Assembly (NCBI GenBank): GCA_963762145.1
Contig: CAVXJS010000014.1
Span: 160,001-224,000 of the forward strand
Direction of reading: 5' to 3'
Length of the DNA: 64,000 nucleotides
From: an uncultured Candidatus Rokubacteria bacterium
Lineage (GTDB): Bacteria; Methylomirabilota; Methylomirabilia; Rokubacteriales; CSP1-6
The notes beneath the pieces were generated by a model that ran no database searches, was not told the DNA's origin, and saw only the letters and a program-made list of their open reading frames with translations. Position numbers and translations under genes: made by a program. Shown here piece by piece: positions 33,023 through 44,657 of the stretch; positions within the stretch are counted from its first letter, which is position 1, and every line of letters begins with the position of its first letter.

Positions 33023-33328
33023 ATGAGGCCCGATGGGATGGCCCTCCCCGGAACCCCGACGACGACGGCACGGGTCGCCCGGCGCATCAAGCCCCGGCGG
33101 CCCTGGATGCTGATCGCCGCCTGCCTCCTGCTGGTGGGACTGAGCGTGACGCTCTGGGGGAAGTGGGTCGAGAACCGGGAGCGCGCCGACCGGCTGGCCG
33201 CCGAGCTCAAGAAGGTCTACGTCGAGGCCGAGAAGCTTCGCACCGAGGCCACCGTCGCCAAGCAGCGCATCACCCAGCTCGAGCGCCAGCTCCGCCGGCC
33301 AACGCGGGGCGCCCCCGACCCGCGCTAG
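33023..33328 (+). CDS. small single-TM coiled-coil protein
   Basis: one hydrophobic helix followed by heptad-rich segment; -10 hexamer directly upstream. Confidence 0.65.
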   Translation: MRPDGMALPGTPTTTARVARRIKPRRPWMLIAACLLLVGLSVTLWGKWVENRERADRLAAELKKVYVEAEKLRTEATVAKQRITQLERQLRRPTRGAPDPR

Positions 33329-34434
33329 CCCCGACCGGCCGACCTGCCGATCGTCTTGTCCCATACCTCGAGCAGCCGCCGGTTCTGCTCCGCCGTCCCC
33401 ACCGCGATCCGGAGGTGCCCGGGGAAGCCCACGCTGGCGCCGTCGCGCACCAGGATGCCCGCCTGGAGCAGCGCGGCCCGCAGCGCCCCCGCGTCGTCGC
33501 CAACCCTGGCCAGCACGAAGTTCGCCTGCGAGGGGGGAGACGGCGCGCCGCGCTCGGTCAGCGCGGCCTGCAGCCGGGGCCGTTCCTCCAGGACCACGCG
33601 CCGCGTCCGCTCGAGGTGCTCGGGGTCGCCCAGCGCGGCTGCCGCCGCCACCTGGGCGAGCCGGTTGACGTTGTAAGGCGCGCGCACCCGGTTCAACCGT
33701 TCGATGTGCTCTGGCCGCGCGATGGCGTAGCCCACGCGCAGCCCCGCCAAGCCCGCGATCTTGGAGAAGGTCCGGAGCGAGATCAGGGTGGGATACCGCC
33801 GCTGGAGCACCACGCCGTCCGCGGTGTCGTCGTCGTCGCAGAAGTCGATGTAGGCCTCGTCGAGGATCACGAGCGGCGGGTCTCCGCCGAGGGCATCCAG
33901 GAAGCGCTCGAGCGGCCGGCGCCGCACGATGGTGGCGGCCGGATTGTGCGGGGTGCAGACGATCACGCATTTCGTCCGCGGCGTGACGCGGGCGAGCATG
34001 TCGTCGAGATCCTGCTCGTAGCCCTTCAGCGGGCTCTGCACGACGGTGGCGCCCGAGAGGGTCGCCTCGGTGCCGTAGGGCTCGAAGGCCGGGTGTGGGA
34101 TCACCACCTCGTCGCCGGGGTCGAGCGACGCGCGCGCCAGCATCGACAGGAGCTCGTCGGCGCCGTTGCCGAGCATGATGGACTCGGGCGCCGCGCCGAG
34201 GCGCTTGCCGAGCGCCTCCCGCACCTCCGTGGCGCCGCCATCCGGGTAGAGATGGGCGCGCGGGGCCTCTCGCCGGATCGCCTCGATCACCCGCGGTGAC
34301 GGACCGAGGGCGTTCTCGTTCGCGGACAGACGCAGGATGCTGTCCAGCCCGAGCTCTCGCGCCAGCGCCTCGAGGGATTTGCCGGCGTCGTACGGGGCCA
34401 CGCGATCGAGCGCATCACGCCAGAGCCGTCGCAT
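33325..34434 (-). CDS. hisC: histidinol-phosphate aminotransferase
   Basis: LSANENALG, GNGADE, PHNP, DEAYIDF, RTFSKIAGLAGLRVGY. Confidence 0.92.
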   Translation of the reverse strand: MRRLWRDALDRVAPYDAGKSLEALARELGLDSILRLSANENALGPSPRVIEAIRREAPRAHLYPDGGATEVREALGKRLGAAPESIMLGNGADELLSMLARASLDPGDEVVIPHPAFEPYGTEATLSGATVVQSPLKGYEQDLDDMLARVTPRTKCVIVCTPHNPAATIVRRRPLERFLDALGGDPPLVILDEAYIDFCDDDDTADGVVLQRRYPTLISLRTFSKIAGLAGLRVGYAIARPEHIERLNRVRAPYNVNRLAQVAAAAALGDPEHLERTRRVVLEERPRLQAALTERGAPSPPSQANFVLARVGDDAGALRAALLQAGILVRDGASVGFPGHLRIAVGTAEQNRRLLEVWDKTIGRSAGRG

Positions 34435-34486
34435 AGGGCGCCCATTGTAACTACGATAGTCACTGCGATACAAGTTCGCGCCAAGT

Positions 34487-34515
34487 TTGACTTTCTTCCC
34501 GCTCCACGCTACCGT
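34487..34515 (+). promoter_or_regulatory. sigma70-type promoter of glnD (leaderless)
   Basis: TTGACT-N17-TACCGT, 6 nt before ATG34522. Confidence 0.65.
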
Positions 34516-34521
34516 TTCGCC

Positions 34522-37230
34522 ATGTCTGCGGAACTGCTTCGACAGGTTCGCCGCGTCGAGGCACAGGCGGAGAGGGGATTCGACGGCAGCGTGGCCGAGC
34601 GCGCGGAGCGTCGGCGACGGCTGAGGCTCGAGGTGCTGCGCCAGCACCTCACCTCCAACGTGGATTTCCTCCGCGCGGCCCATCTCGGCGGCGCCTCCGG
34701 CCAGCAGTCGGTTGCCGCCTATGCCGGCTTCATGGACATCTTCCTGGGCACCCTCTACCGCCTGGCGGTGGACGACGCCAAGCGCGAGGGTCTGACGCCG
34801 AGCCCGCTGGTGCTGGTGGCGCTGGGCGGCTACGGCCGCGGAGAGCTGCATCCTCTCTCCGATCTCGACCTCATGCTGATCTACGACGGCGAGATGAGGC
34901 CCTACGTGCAGCGGGTGACCCAGGGCCTGCTCTACGCCCTCTGGGACCTGGGCCTGCAGGTCGGCCACGCGGTGCGCAGCCTGCCCGACTGCCTCGCGAT
35001 GGCGCGCACCGACTTTCCGAGCCGCACCTCGATGCAGCAGGCGCGCTTCCTGGTGGGCGACCGCCGCCTGTTCAACCGCTTCCGGAAAGTCCTGGCCGAG
35101 AACGTCTACCAGAAGGACTTCGGCCAGTTCCTCGAGACCACCCTGACCGAGCGCGATCAGCGCTATCGCAAGTTCGGCGGCTCCCCCTACATGGGCGAGC
35201 CCAACGTCAAGGAATCGGCGGGCGGGCTGCGCGACATCCACACCGCGATGTGGCTGGCCTCCACCAAGTTCGGCACCCGGACCCTGCGGGAGCTGGCCGA
35301 CAAGCGGCTGATCAACGAGCGCGAGCAGAAGACGACCGACGAGGCCCTCACCTTCCTGTGGCGGGTGCGGAACGAGCTGCACTTCCTCTCCGGGCACAAG
35401 AACGACGTGCTCTCGCGCGACATCCAGCCGCAGATCGCCAAGAACTTCGGCTACGCGGGCGACGAGCTGTCGCTGCCGGTCGAGAAGTTCATGCGCGACT
35501 ACTACCTCCACGCCCGCGTGATCCACCGCGTGTCGCGGCGGCTGATCGCCCGCTGCCGGGAGACCCTCTCGCGCCGCGCCTCGGTTCAGCGCCGCGCGCG
35601 CCAGGAGGCGCTCGCCGACGGCCTCATCGTGCTCGACGAGCAGCTCCACCTGGCCCAGCCCGACGGGCGGGCGTTCCGGGAGGATCCGGTACGCCTGATC
35701 AAGGTCTTCTGGCACAGCCACCATCTCGGCTTCGAGCTGGGCGTGGAGGTGGAGCGGGCCATCGAGGACTCGCTCGACCTGATCGACGACGCCTTCCGGG
35801 CCTCGGCGGAGGTGCGCGACCTCTTCCTCGGGATCTGCCGGAGCTGGGGGCGGACCGCGCAGACGCTCCGGGAGATGCACGAGCTCGGCGTGCTCGGCCG
35901 CTACATGCCCGAGTGGGGCGCGCTGACCTGCCTCGTGCAGTATGACGTCTACCACAAGTTCACCGCCGACCAGCACTCGCTGATCGCGGTGCAGAACCTG
36001 GAGGCGCTCGCCCCGGGCCAGTCGCCGGACTCCGAGGGCAATGCGCAGGTGGTGAGCGAGCTGGAGCGCCCGGGCCTGCTGATGCTGGGCATGCTGCTGC
36101 ACGACATCGGCAAGGGCAAGGGGCACGGCCACGTCGCCAAGGGCATCCCGTTGATCGAGGCGCTCGCCGCGCGGATCGGCCTGCCCCCCGAGGACGCCGA
36201 CAAGGTGGTGTTCCTGGTGGCCCACCACCTCACCATGTCGCACATCGCCCAGCGCCGGGACATCGACGACCCGAAGACGATCGAGACCCTCGCGGAGATC
36301 TGTCAGACGCCCGAGCGCCTGCGCATGCTCTACCTGCTCACCTGTGCCGACATGCGCGCGGTGGGCCCCGGCGTCATGACCGGCTGGCAGGCCCAGATCC
36401 TCTGGGATCTCTACGCGCGCGTGCTCGCGCGCCTCACAGGCGGCCAGCGCGAGCGGCCCTCACGCGAGGGGGTGGCGCAGCGGGTGACCGAGGCCATGCG
36501 CGGCGACGTGGCCCGCACCGCGGTGGCCGCGCACCTGGCCCTGCTGTCCGAGCGCTATCTCACCACCACGTCGCCTCAGCGCATCGCCGCGCACCTGCGG
36601 CTGCTCGACCGGCTCGCGGACGGCGGCGTGCTCGCCACCGAGCTCTTCCACCATCCCGACCTGGGCTCCTCCGAGCTGGTCGTCGCCACCCAGGACGTGG
36701 CCGGCCTCTTCTCGCTCATCGCGGGCACGCTCGCCTCCCAGGGGATCAACATCCTCTCCGCCCAGATCCACACCCGCGCCGACGGCATCGTGCTGGACAC
36801 TTTCCAGGTGAACGATCCCTTCGGCGAGGCGGTCACCGAGGAGGCGCGCTGGCGGCGCACCCTCGAGGCGCTGCGACGCGTGCGGCGCGGCGAGACCAGC
36901 GTGGAGGATCTCCTCGCGCGGCGCCGGGCGGTGCACCCGAGCGGCGAGAGCGTGGCCGGGCCGCCCAAGATCTCGGTGGACAACCAGATCTCGGACAGCC
37001 GGACGGTGGTGGAGGTGAAGTGCCCCGACCGGGTCGGACTGCTCTACGTGATCACCCGCACGCTGTCCGCGCACGGGCTCGACATCGCGAGCGCGCGGAT
37101 CGCCACCGAGATCGATCAGGCCTACGACACCTTCTACGTGACCGACCGGCAGGGCCGTCGCCTCGAGGACGAGGCGGCGATGGCCCGCGTTCGCGAGAGC
37201 CTGGAAGACGCCTTGCTCAAGCCACTCTAG
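34522..37230 (+). CDS. glnD: [protein-PII] uridylyltransferase
   Basis: ALGGYGRGELHPLSDLD, EPNVKESAGGLRD, HD domain LLHDIGKG, two ACT domains. Confidence 0.95.
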   Translation: MSAELLRQVRRVEAQAERGFDGSVAERAERRRRLRLEVLRQHLTSNVDFLRAAHLGGASGQQSVAAYAGFMDIFLGTLYRLAVDDAKREGLTPSPLVLVALGGYGRGELHPLSDLDLMLIYDGEMRPYVQRVTQGLLYALWDLGLQVGHAVRSLPDCLAMARTDFPSRTSMQQARFLVGDRRLFNRFRKVLAENVYQKDFGQFLETTLTERDQRYRKFGGSPYMGEPNVKESAGGLRDIHTAMWLASTKFGTRTLRELADKRLINEREQKTTDEALTFLWRVRNELHFLSGHKNDVLSRDIQPQIAKNFGYAGDELSLPVEKFMRDYYLHARVIHRVSRRLIARCRETLSRRASVQRRARQEALADGLIVLDEQLHLAQPDGRAFREDPVRLIKVFWHSHHLGFELGVEVERAIEDSLDLIDDAFRASAEVRDLFLGICRSWGRTAQTLREMHELGVLGRYMPEWGALTCLVQYDVYHKFTADQHSLIAVQNLEALAPGQSPDSEGNAQVVSELERPGLLMLGMLLHDIGKGKGHGHVAKGIPLIEALAARIGLPPEDADKVVFLVAHHLTMSHIAQRRDIDDPKTIETLAEICQTPERLRMLYLLTCADMRAVGPGVMTGWQAQILWDLYARVLARLTGGQRERPSREGVAQRVTEAMRGDVARTAVAAHLALLSERYLTTTSPQRIAAHLRLLDRLADGGVLATELFHHPDLGSSELVVATQDVAGLFSLIAGTLASQGINILSAQIHTRADGIVLDTFQVNDPFGEAVTEEARWRRTLEALRRVRRGETSVEDLLARRRAVHPSGESVAGPPKISVDNQISDSRTVVEVKCPDRVGLLYVITRTLSAHGLDIASARIATEIDQAYDTFYVTDRQGRRLEDEAAMARVRESLEDALLKPL

Positions 37231-37824
37231 ATGCTGCGCCACTACAAGGCCGCGCTGACCCGGCTGGGCGATCCGCTCGCGCGCGCCCTGCTCCGGGCGC
37301 GCGTCCGGCCGAATCACCTCACCATGGTCGGGCTCGTGGTCAGCATCCTGGCCGCCTGGGCCCTTTCCCAGGGGCAGCTGCGGATCGGCGCGGTGCTGCT
37401 GGCCCTGGCCGGGCTCTTCGACTTCTTCGACGGCTCGCTCGCGAGGCTCGCCAACAGCGTGAGTACGTTCGGGGCCTTCCTCGACTCGGTGGCCGACCGC
37501 TATTCCGACCTGGTGGTGCTGCTGGGGGTGGTGCTCTATTACCATCGCGCGATCGACACCACCGGCGTCTTCCTCACCATGGTCGCCCTCGTCGGCACGA
37601 TCATGACCAGCTACACCAAGGCCCGCGCCCAGTCGATCGGCGTGGCCTGTGACATCGGGCTGATCGAGCGTCCCGAGCGGCTCATCGTGCTCATCGCGGG
37701 CGCGACGTTCAACGTGCTCACCCCGGCCATGATCGCGCTCGCCGTGCTCACCAACGTGACCGCGCTCCAGCGCATCCTCTACATGCGGCGCGCGGCGGCC
37801 ATCCGGGAGCGGATCCTCCACTGA
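37231..37824 (+). CDS. CDP-alcohol phosphatidyltransferase
   Basis: PNHLT, DFFDGSLAR...GAFLDSVADRYSD, SYTKARA. Confidence 0.92.
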   Translation: MLRHYKAALTRLGDPLARALLRARVRPNHLTMVGLVVSILAAWALSQGQLRIGAVLLALAGLFDFFDGSLARLANSVSTFGAFLDSVADRYSDLVVLLGVVLYYHRAIDTTGVFLTMVALVGTIMTSYTKARAQSIGVACDIGLIERPERLIVLIAGATFNVLTPAMIALAVLTNVTALQRILYMRRAAAIRERILH

Positions 37825-37868
37825 CCGGCGAGCGCGGGCGGGCGGGGGCGGCTGGTACACTGGCAAGC

Positions 37869-39944
37869 ATGAGGCGGCTGACCGCGGCGGCGTGTCTGAT
37901 GTCCGTGGTGCTGGTGGGAGCCGCGCCGGCGGGTCTTTCCCCGGACCTGCGGGAGCGATTCGCGGCCGGACTCGCCGCGCAGAAGGCGGGCGACTGGGCG
38001 GTCGCGGGCAAGGAGTTCGCCGATCCCGGGTGGGCCGGAACCGTCCTCGAAGACTACGCGCTGCTCTTCCAGGCCGAGGCGCAGCTTCGCCAGGGCGACG
38101 TGGTTGCGGCGCGGGCGCTGGCCTCCAAGGCCACCGATCGCACGCCCGAGAGCCTCACGCCCTCCGCCCTGATCCGCGCGGCCGCCGTGCGGCGGGAGGC
38201 GGGGGATCCGACCGGCGCGGTGACGGTCCTCCAGCGCGTGCTCGCCCGCCTGACCGACGCGACGGACGCGGCGCGGGCGCGCTACGCGCTGGGCGAGGCG
38301 CAGCTCGCCGCGGGTGACCAGAAGGAAGCCGCGCGCGTGTTCCAGGCGCTGTGGCTGCAGGCGCCCGCCACCTTCGGGGACGCGGCGGAGCGCCGGCTCA
38401 AGGCGCTGGCGGATACCGGTCTGACGCCGCCCCCGCCGAGCGCGGCGGAGCGGGCCGCGCGCGCGGAGCGGCTGCTCGCCTCCGGGCTGATCGAGCGGGC
38501 CCGCCTGGAAGCCGAGGCCCTGGTCGCCGAGAAGCCGCCGACCGAGCCGCTCGAGCGCGCCCTTCGGGTGCTGATGAACGCCTCGCGCCGGCTGGGCCGC
38601 GACGATGCCGCGCTGGCCGCCGCCAACGCCGGCCTGGCCGCCGCGCCGGCCGAGCGCCGCGCGGGGTGGCTGCTCGATCTGGCCCGGCTCCGGCAGCGCC
38701 GGGACCGCGAGGCCGCGCTCAGCACGCTGGATCGGCTGGTGCGCGAGTATCCCAAGAGCAACGACGCGCCGGACGCCCTCCTGATGAAGGCCGAGCTGCT
38801 CGAGGCCGCCGCCCGGTCCGCCGAGGCCGAGAAGACCTACGTGAAGCTGGCCGCCGATTACCCGGACGAGGACGAGGCGGCCAGCGCGCTCTGGCGCCTC
38901 GGCTGGATCGCGTGGTTCCGAGGCAATCACACGGACGCGACCACGCGATGGTCGCGCCTGCAGGGCGCGCGCGGCGGGCAGGCGTTGCGGGAGTCGGCCA
39001 CCTACTGGGTCGGCCGGGCCTGGGAGCGGCGCGGTGATCGCGACCAGGCGGCCCGTCAGTTCGCGCAGCTCCTGCGGGATTCGCCGCGCACCTACTACGG
39101 CCTGCTCGCGGCCAAGCGCGCGCCCGCCCCGCGGGGCGCCGCCGAGGGCGAGACGAGCGCAGCGGCCAAGGCCGCGCCCGCCTCGAGCGCGGCGGCCTTC
39201 GTGTTTCCGGCGGATCCCGGCGAGGCGCTGCAGGGCGATCCGCGCTTCGACCGCGCGGTCGCGCTGCGCGAGGTGGGGCTGCGCGAATACGCGGACGAGG
39301 AGCTGGACGAGCTGACCCGCCGCTCGGCGGGCGAGCCCCGGCGGCTCTACGGGCTCTCCGCCGCGTACGTCGCGGACGAGCGGTACCACATGGCCCTGCG
39401 CATCCTGCGCCGGAGCTTCCAGGGCTCCGCGCGCAGCGGCGGGACGCCGCCGCGCGAGTTCTGGGAGATGTTCTATCCGCTCGGCTGGCGCGACGCCCTC
39501 ACCGCGGCGGCGGGCCGTGCCTCGGTCGATCCGCTCCTGGTCGCGGCGGTGGTGCGCGAGGAGTCGTCGTTCTATCCGCTGGCGCGCTCGCGCGTGGGCG
39601 CCCGCGGGCTCATGCAGCTCATGCCCGACACCGGCCGGGCGGTGGCGCAGGCCCGCCAGATCCCGTTCCCCGACGCGGAGGTGCTCGATCAGCCGGTGAC
39701 CAATATCGAGATCGGCACGATCTTCTTCGGCGGCCTCCTGCGCGAGTTCGGCGACGCGCGGCTCGCCGCCGCCGCGTACAACGCGGGGCCCACGCGTGTG
39801 CGCGAATGGTGGACGAACCGGAAGACGGACGACCTGGAGGTCTGGGTCGAGCAGATTCCCTACAACGAGACGCGCGCGTTCGTGAAGCGCGTCATGCTCT
39901 CGTGGCAGGAGTATCAGCGGGTGTACGGCGAGAAGCAGTCCTGA
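37869..39944 (+). CDS. slt: soluble lytic murein transglycosylase with TPR-like repeats
   Basis: signal peptide; REES, GARGLMQLMP, AYNAGP, IPYNETRAFVKRV. Confidence 0.9.
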   Translation: MRRLTAAACLMSVVLVGAAPAGLSPDLRERFAAGLAAQKAGDWAVAGKEFADPGWAGTVLEDYALLFQAEAQLRQGDVVAARALASKATDRTPESLTPSALIRAAAVRREAGDPTGAVTVLQRVLARLTDATDAARARYALGEAQLAAGDQKEAARVFQALWLQAPATFGDAAERRLKALADTGLTPPPPSAAERAARAERLLASGLIERARLEAEALVAEKPPTEPLERALRVLMNASRRLGRDDAALAAANAGLAAAPAERRAGWLLDLARLRQRRDREAALSTLDRLVREYPKSNDAPDALLMKAELLEAAARSAEAEKTYVKLAADYPDEDEAASALWRLGWIAWFRGNHTDATTRWSRLQGARGGQALRESATYWVGRAWERRGDRDQAARQFAQLLRDSPRTYYGLLAAKRAPAPRGAAEGETSAAAKAAPASSAAAFVFPADPGEALQGDPRFDRAVALREVGLREYADEELDELTRRSAGEPRRLYGLSAAYVADERYHMALRILRRSFQGSARSGGTPPREFWEMFYPLGWRDALTAAAGRASVDPLLVAAVVREESSFYPLARSRVGARGLMQLMPDTGRAVAQARQIPFPDAEVLDQPVTNIEIGTIFFGGLLREFGDARLAAAAYNAGPTRVREWWTNRKTDDLEVWVEQIPYNETRAFVKRVMLSWQEYQRVYGEKQS

Positions 39945-40417
39945 TGAGCCCGCGCCCGGCCCCCCTCTGGCGGCTCGCCGCCGCCGCGGTGGCCGACGCG
40001 CTCCTCGGCGTGATCGCCTGGAGCCTCGCCGCCATGTGGCTGCTCGTCGCGGTCTTCGTGGTTCGCACCCGGCCCCTCGACGCGCTCGACGGTCTCATCC
40101 TGGTCCTGGCGATCCTGGGGCTCGGCGTGGTGCTCCACGTGATCTATCACACCGTGCTGGTCGGCGGCTGCGGGCAGACGGTCGGGAAGATGCTGATGGG
40201 CGTCGCGGTCGTGCGCCGGGACGGCGCCCCCGCGGGCTACGGGCGGGCGCTGCTGCGGTGCGTGGGCGGCGGGCTCTGCCTGCTCACGCTCGGGCTCGGG
40301 CGGGTGTTCGTGCTGTTCACGCGCGACCGGCGCGCGCTGTCCGACTTCGTGGCCGGGACCCGGCCGATCGCCACCCCTCACCCTGCCCTCTCCCCTGAGG
40401 GGAGAGGGAGGTACTAG
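39944..40417 (+). CDS. RDD family membrane protein
   Basis: WRLAAAAVAD, GQTVGKMLMGVAV, RRALSDFVAGT; tail encoded by repeat A. Confidence 0.85.
   Translation: MSPRPAPLWRLAAAAVADALLGVIAWSLAAMWLLVAVFVVRTRPLDALDGLILVLAILGLGVVLHVIYHTVLVGGCGQTVGKMLMGVAVVRRDGAPAGYGRALLRCVGGGLCLLTLGLGRVFVLFTRDRRALSDFVAGTRPIATPHPALSPEGRGRY
40374..40408 (+). repeat. family A palindrome in RDD 3' end
   Basis: CCCCTCACCCTG-CCCTCTCCCC-TGA-GGGGAGAGGG. Confidence 0.8.
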
Positions 40418-41118
40418 CGCGGGGGCTTGGCCCGCGCGACGGGACTGGCCGCCGGCCTCGGCGCCGGCTTGGCCGGGGCCTCCAGCGGGGTGAGCGCGGC
40501 CAGCCGGTCGTCGAGCGTGGGATGCGTGGCCAGCAAGCCCTCGAGCCCTTCCTTCTCCCGGGGCGTGTGGTTGGCGATGGTCTCCAGGGCAGTGGCCAGC
40601 GTCCGGCGCGGCGCCGGCTGGCCCATCGCGCGCAGGATCTCGACGGCCTTCTGGTCGGCTTTCAGCTCCTGCTGACGGCCGAAGGCCCGCACCACCAGCG
40701 GGTTGACCACGAAGTCGAGCAGCCCGGCGCCCGGCACGAAGAGGCCGAGCGCGCCGAAGCTGGCGGTGAGCGACAGCGAGAGCTTGCGCCGGGTGCCCAC
40801 GTGGCCCATCACCTCGTGCGCGACCTCGTGCGCCACCACCGCCTCGACGACCGGGTCCGGCTGGCGCATGAGCCCGTCGGTGAAGTAGAACGTGGCGTCC
40901 TCGTCACTGTAGGCGGCCACGGTGGGGCTCTTGATGAACGCGAAGCCGTACCGCTGCGGGTCGTCGCCCGCCGCGACAGCGGCGCGGTAGAGGATGTGCG
41001 ATACGCGGCCGGTCGCGGGCTGGGCGGGCGAGGCATAGTAGGCCCCCTCGGGCGTGCTCGCGCAGGCCACGAGCAAGAGGGTTGCCGCGAGCGCCGTTAC
41101 GCTACCCCGGATCCCCAT
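40414..41118 (-). CDS. M48 family zinc metalloprotease lipoprotein
   Basis: LVAC lipobox, AHEVAH, QELKAD, THP. Confidence 0.88.
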   Translation of the reverse strand: MGIRGSVTALAATLLLVACASTPEGAYYASPAQPATGRVSHILYRAAVAAGDDPQRYGFAFIKSPTVAAYSDEDATFYFTDGLMRQPDPVVEAVVAHEVAHEVMGHVGTRRKLSLSLTASFGALGLFVPGAGLLDFVVNPLVVRAFGRQQELKADQKAVEILRAMGQPAPRRTLATALETIANHTPREKEGLEGLLATHPTLDDRLAALTPLEAPAKPAPRPAASPVARAKPPR

Positions 41119-41306
41119 GGTCTGAGCCCTCATCTTAGGAGGGGGCGCGCTCCGTGCCCGTGGAAATAAGGGTGGCGGGCGGGGTGCCACCGATGGGGGA
41201 TCGACGCGACGGGAGCCGCACCCGGTGGGGGCGAAGGGTTCACACCGTCGTGACATCCGCCGGGTGCCGCGCTGTTACACTCGACGGCACGGGAGGACGG
41301 GCAGAC

Positions 41307-42271
<965 letters not shown>

Positions 42272-42272
<1 letters not shown>

Positions 42273-42913
42273 TGACCCGGCGCGGCCGCGTCGCGCTCAA
42301 GGTCGCGGTGTGGGCCGCCTGCCTCGCGCCGCTCGCGTGGCTCCTGTATCGAGCGGCCGCCGACGATCTGACCGCGAATCCGATCAGCTTCATCACCAAC
42401 TGGCTGGGCGACTGGACGCTGCGCATCCTGCTCGCGAGCCTGGCCATGACGCCGCTGCGGCTGCTGTTCCGGTGGTCCTGGCCCGTGACACTGCGGCGGC
42501 TGCTCGGTCTCTTCGCCTTCTTCTACGTCTTGCTGCACTTCTCGGTCTGGCTCGTGCTCGACCACTTCTTCGCGTGGGGCCAGATGGGGAGCGATATCGT
42601 GAAGCGGCCGTACATCACGGTGGGCATGGCCGCGCTGGTGCTGATGATCCCCCTGGTCGCCACCTCCACCGCCGGGGCCATCCGGCGCCTCGGGGGGACG
42701 CGCTGGCAATGGCTGCACCGGCTGGTCTACGTGATCGGCCTCTGCGCGGTGCTGCATTACCTCTGGCTTGCCAAGAAGGCCAATCCCGACCCCTATTACT
42801 ACGCGGCGGCGTTCGCCCTGCTGATGGCGATCCGCGCCTGGGACTGGCTCCGCCGCGCGCTGCGGGCGGGCCCCTCACCCCGGCCTTCTCCCCAGCGGGG
42901 AGAGGGAGCCTAG
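42272..42913 (+). CDS. msrQ: protein-methionine-sulfoxide reductase heme-binding subunit
   Basis: RRLLGLFAFFYVLLH, KRPYITVG, WLHRLVY. Confidence 0.94.
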
Positions 42914-42990
42914 AGAACACAAAACCCTCTCCCCGCTGGGGAGAGGGCGCAGTGTGAGCCGCAGCCGTAGGCGAGGCGAGCGAATTACAA
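42871..42990 (+). repeat. composite repeat cluster: two family A palindromes plus a degenerate family B copy
   Basis: A at 42871-42906 and 42925-42947; B-like GTGAGCCGCAGCCGTAGGCGAGGCGAGCGAATTACA at about 42954-42989. Confidence 0.7.
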
Positions 42991-43012
42991 AGTCAGGCGG
43001 GATCTCCCCCCG

Positions 43013-43291
43013 CTACTTCGACGGCTGGTAGTACGGGTTGTCGCCCGAGGCGTGGTCGGTGGTGTCCAGCACTTCCTCGATCTCGGGGATCTCTTCCTTG
43101 ATCAGCCGCTCGATGCCCTGCTTCAGGGTGACGTCCGCGGCGCCGCAACCCTGGCAGCCCCCGCCCATCTGCAGATACACCTTGTTGTCCTTGACGTCCA
43201 CGAGCTGGACGAATCCGCCATGCCCGGCGACGGCCGGGTTGATCATGTTCTCGATCAGGTCCTGCACCTTGGTCATCAGCTCTTCGCTCAT
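43013..43291 (-). CDS. NifU/Nfu-domain Fe-S cluster carrier
   Basis: INPAVAGHGG, GGGCQGC, DTTDHASGDNPYY; GGAGGAG SD. Confidence 0.9.
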   Translation of the reverse strand: MSEELMTKVQDLIENMINPAVAGHGGFVQLVDVKDNKVYLQMGGGCQGCGAADVTLKQGIERLIKEEIPEIEEVLDTTDHASGDNPYYQPSK

Positions 43292-43487
43292 GGGGCTCCT
43301 CCAGGGGACTGTCGAACTACGGCCCCTACTGTACCACCAACCGGCGCGGCCCACGATGTCGGCGGCTCGCGACGAACTTGCCTGCTCGGTAAGCCTCGGC
43401 GGGCAGTCCGTTCCAGGGTCCCTCCCTCGTCATCCCGCCACGCCGCGGATCGCCCCCTACCGGCCCGGATAGGCCGGCGGCCAAGGC

Positions 43488-43503
43488 GGGCACAGCCCTT
43501 GCT
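43488..43503 (+). promoter_or_regulatory. sigma54-like promoter
   Basis: GGGCACAGCCCTTGCT (GG-N10-GC) upstream of the CBS operon. Confidence 0.55.
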
Positions 43504-43529
43504 GCCCCCCCTCGGCGAGGGAGGACGAT

Positions 43530-43997
43530 ATGACGGACGAACGCATCTCTCGAGCAGGCCGAACGCAGGACCACACGGTCAGCGACACGATCCGGGACGT
43601 CATGAGGCCGACCCCGAGGGGCCTGACCGTGGACGCCATGATCTCCGACGCGGCCGAGGTGATGCTCCGCGAAGACATCGGCGACGTGATCGTCCTCGAC
43701 GAGGATCGCCTCTACGGGATCCTGACGGATCGCGACATCGTGGTCCGGGTGGTCGCGGAGCGGCGCGACCCCTGCCAGACCCGGCTCGGAGACGTCTGCA
43801 GCCGCCAGCTGACGACGATCGGTCCGGACGACAGCGTAGGCCAGGCGCTCCGCCTGATGCGGGAGAAGGCGATCCGCCGCCTGCCGGTGGTCGAGGCCAG
43901 CGAGGTGGTCGGCATCCTGACGATCGGCGACATCGCGGTCGAGCGGGATTCGCGGAGCGCGCTGGCGGACATCTCCGCCGCGCCGCCGAACACATGA
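43530..43997 (+). CDS. CBS domain protein
   Basis: GILTDRDIV, IRRLPVV, GILTIGDI. Confidence 0.9.
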   Translation: MTDERISRAGRTQDHTVSDTIRDVMRPTPRGLTVDAMISDAAEVMLREDIGDVIVLDEDRLYGILTDRDIVVRVVAERRDPCQTRLGDVCSRQLTTIGPDDSVGQALRLMREKAIRRLPVVEASEVVGILTIGDIAVERDSRSALADISAAPPNT

Positions 43998-44656
43998 GAC
44001 GGCCGGTCCAGGCGGCCTACGAAGCGGAGGCGCGGCGCATCGGGGGGGCCGTCGCGCTCGTCGTCGCGATCGGGGCGGGGGTGTGGGCCCTCGAGCGCGC
44101 TCGACACGGGCGCCGGGTGCCGAAGCGTCGGCCGGACATGCCGAGGCTGGCCGGCGGCCGGGGCGCCCACATCGAGCGAACGGTCACGATCCTCCGGTCC
44201 CCCGCGGAGCTCTACGCCGAATGGCATGACCTCGAGCGCCTCCCCCGGATCATGTCGCATCTCGAGTCGGTGACCCCGCTCGTGGGCCTGCGGTCGCGCT
44301 GGGTCGTCCGTGGACCGGTGGATACGAGCCTGACGTGGGAGGCGGAGATCGTGGCCGACGAGCCCGAGCGCCTCATCGCGTGGCGGTCGGTGGGCCAGGC
44401 CGACGTGCAGCATGCCGGGTCGGTCCGGTTCACGCCCGCGCCCGGCAACCGCGGCACCGAGGTCAAGGTGATCCTCACCTATGATCCGCCCGCCGGCCGG
44501 CTGGGCGTCGCGCTGGTGACGATACTTGGCCGGAGCCCCGACCAGGACGTCCGGGAGGACCTGCGGCGGTTCAAGCAGCGGATGGAGTCCCGCGAGGTCG
44601 CCACCGCCCCGATTTCTCGCAGGACCCGGCGGCTCGAGCCGGCGAGGAGCGCCTGA
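43994..44656 (+). CDS. SRPBCC (cyclase/dehydrase-like) protein
   Basis: [35 protein letters not shown]. Confidence 0.88.
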   Translation: MRRPVQAAYEAEARRIGGAVALVVAIGAGVWALERARHGRRVPKRRPDMPRLAGGRGAHIERTVTILRSPAELYAEWHDLERLPRIMSHLESVTPLVGLRSRWVVRGPVDTSLTWEAEIVADEPERLIAWRSVGQADVQHAGSVRFTPAPGNRGTEVKVILTYDPPAGRLGVALVTILGRSPDQDVREDLRRFKQRMESREVATAPISRRTRRLEPARSA

Positions 44657-44657
44657 G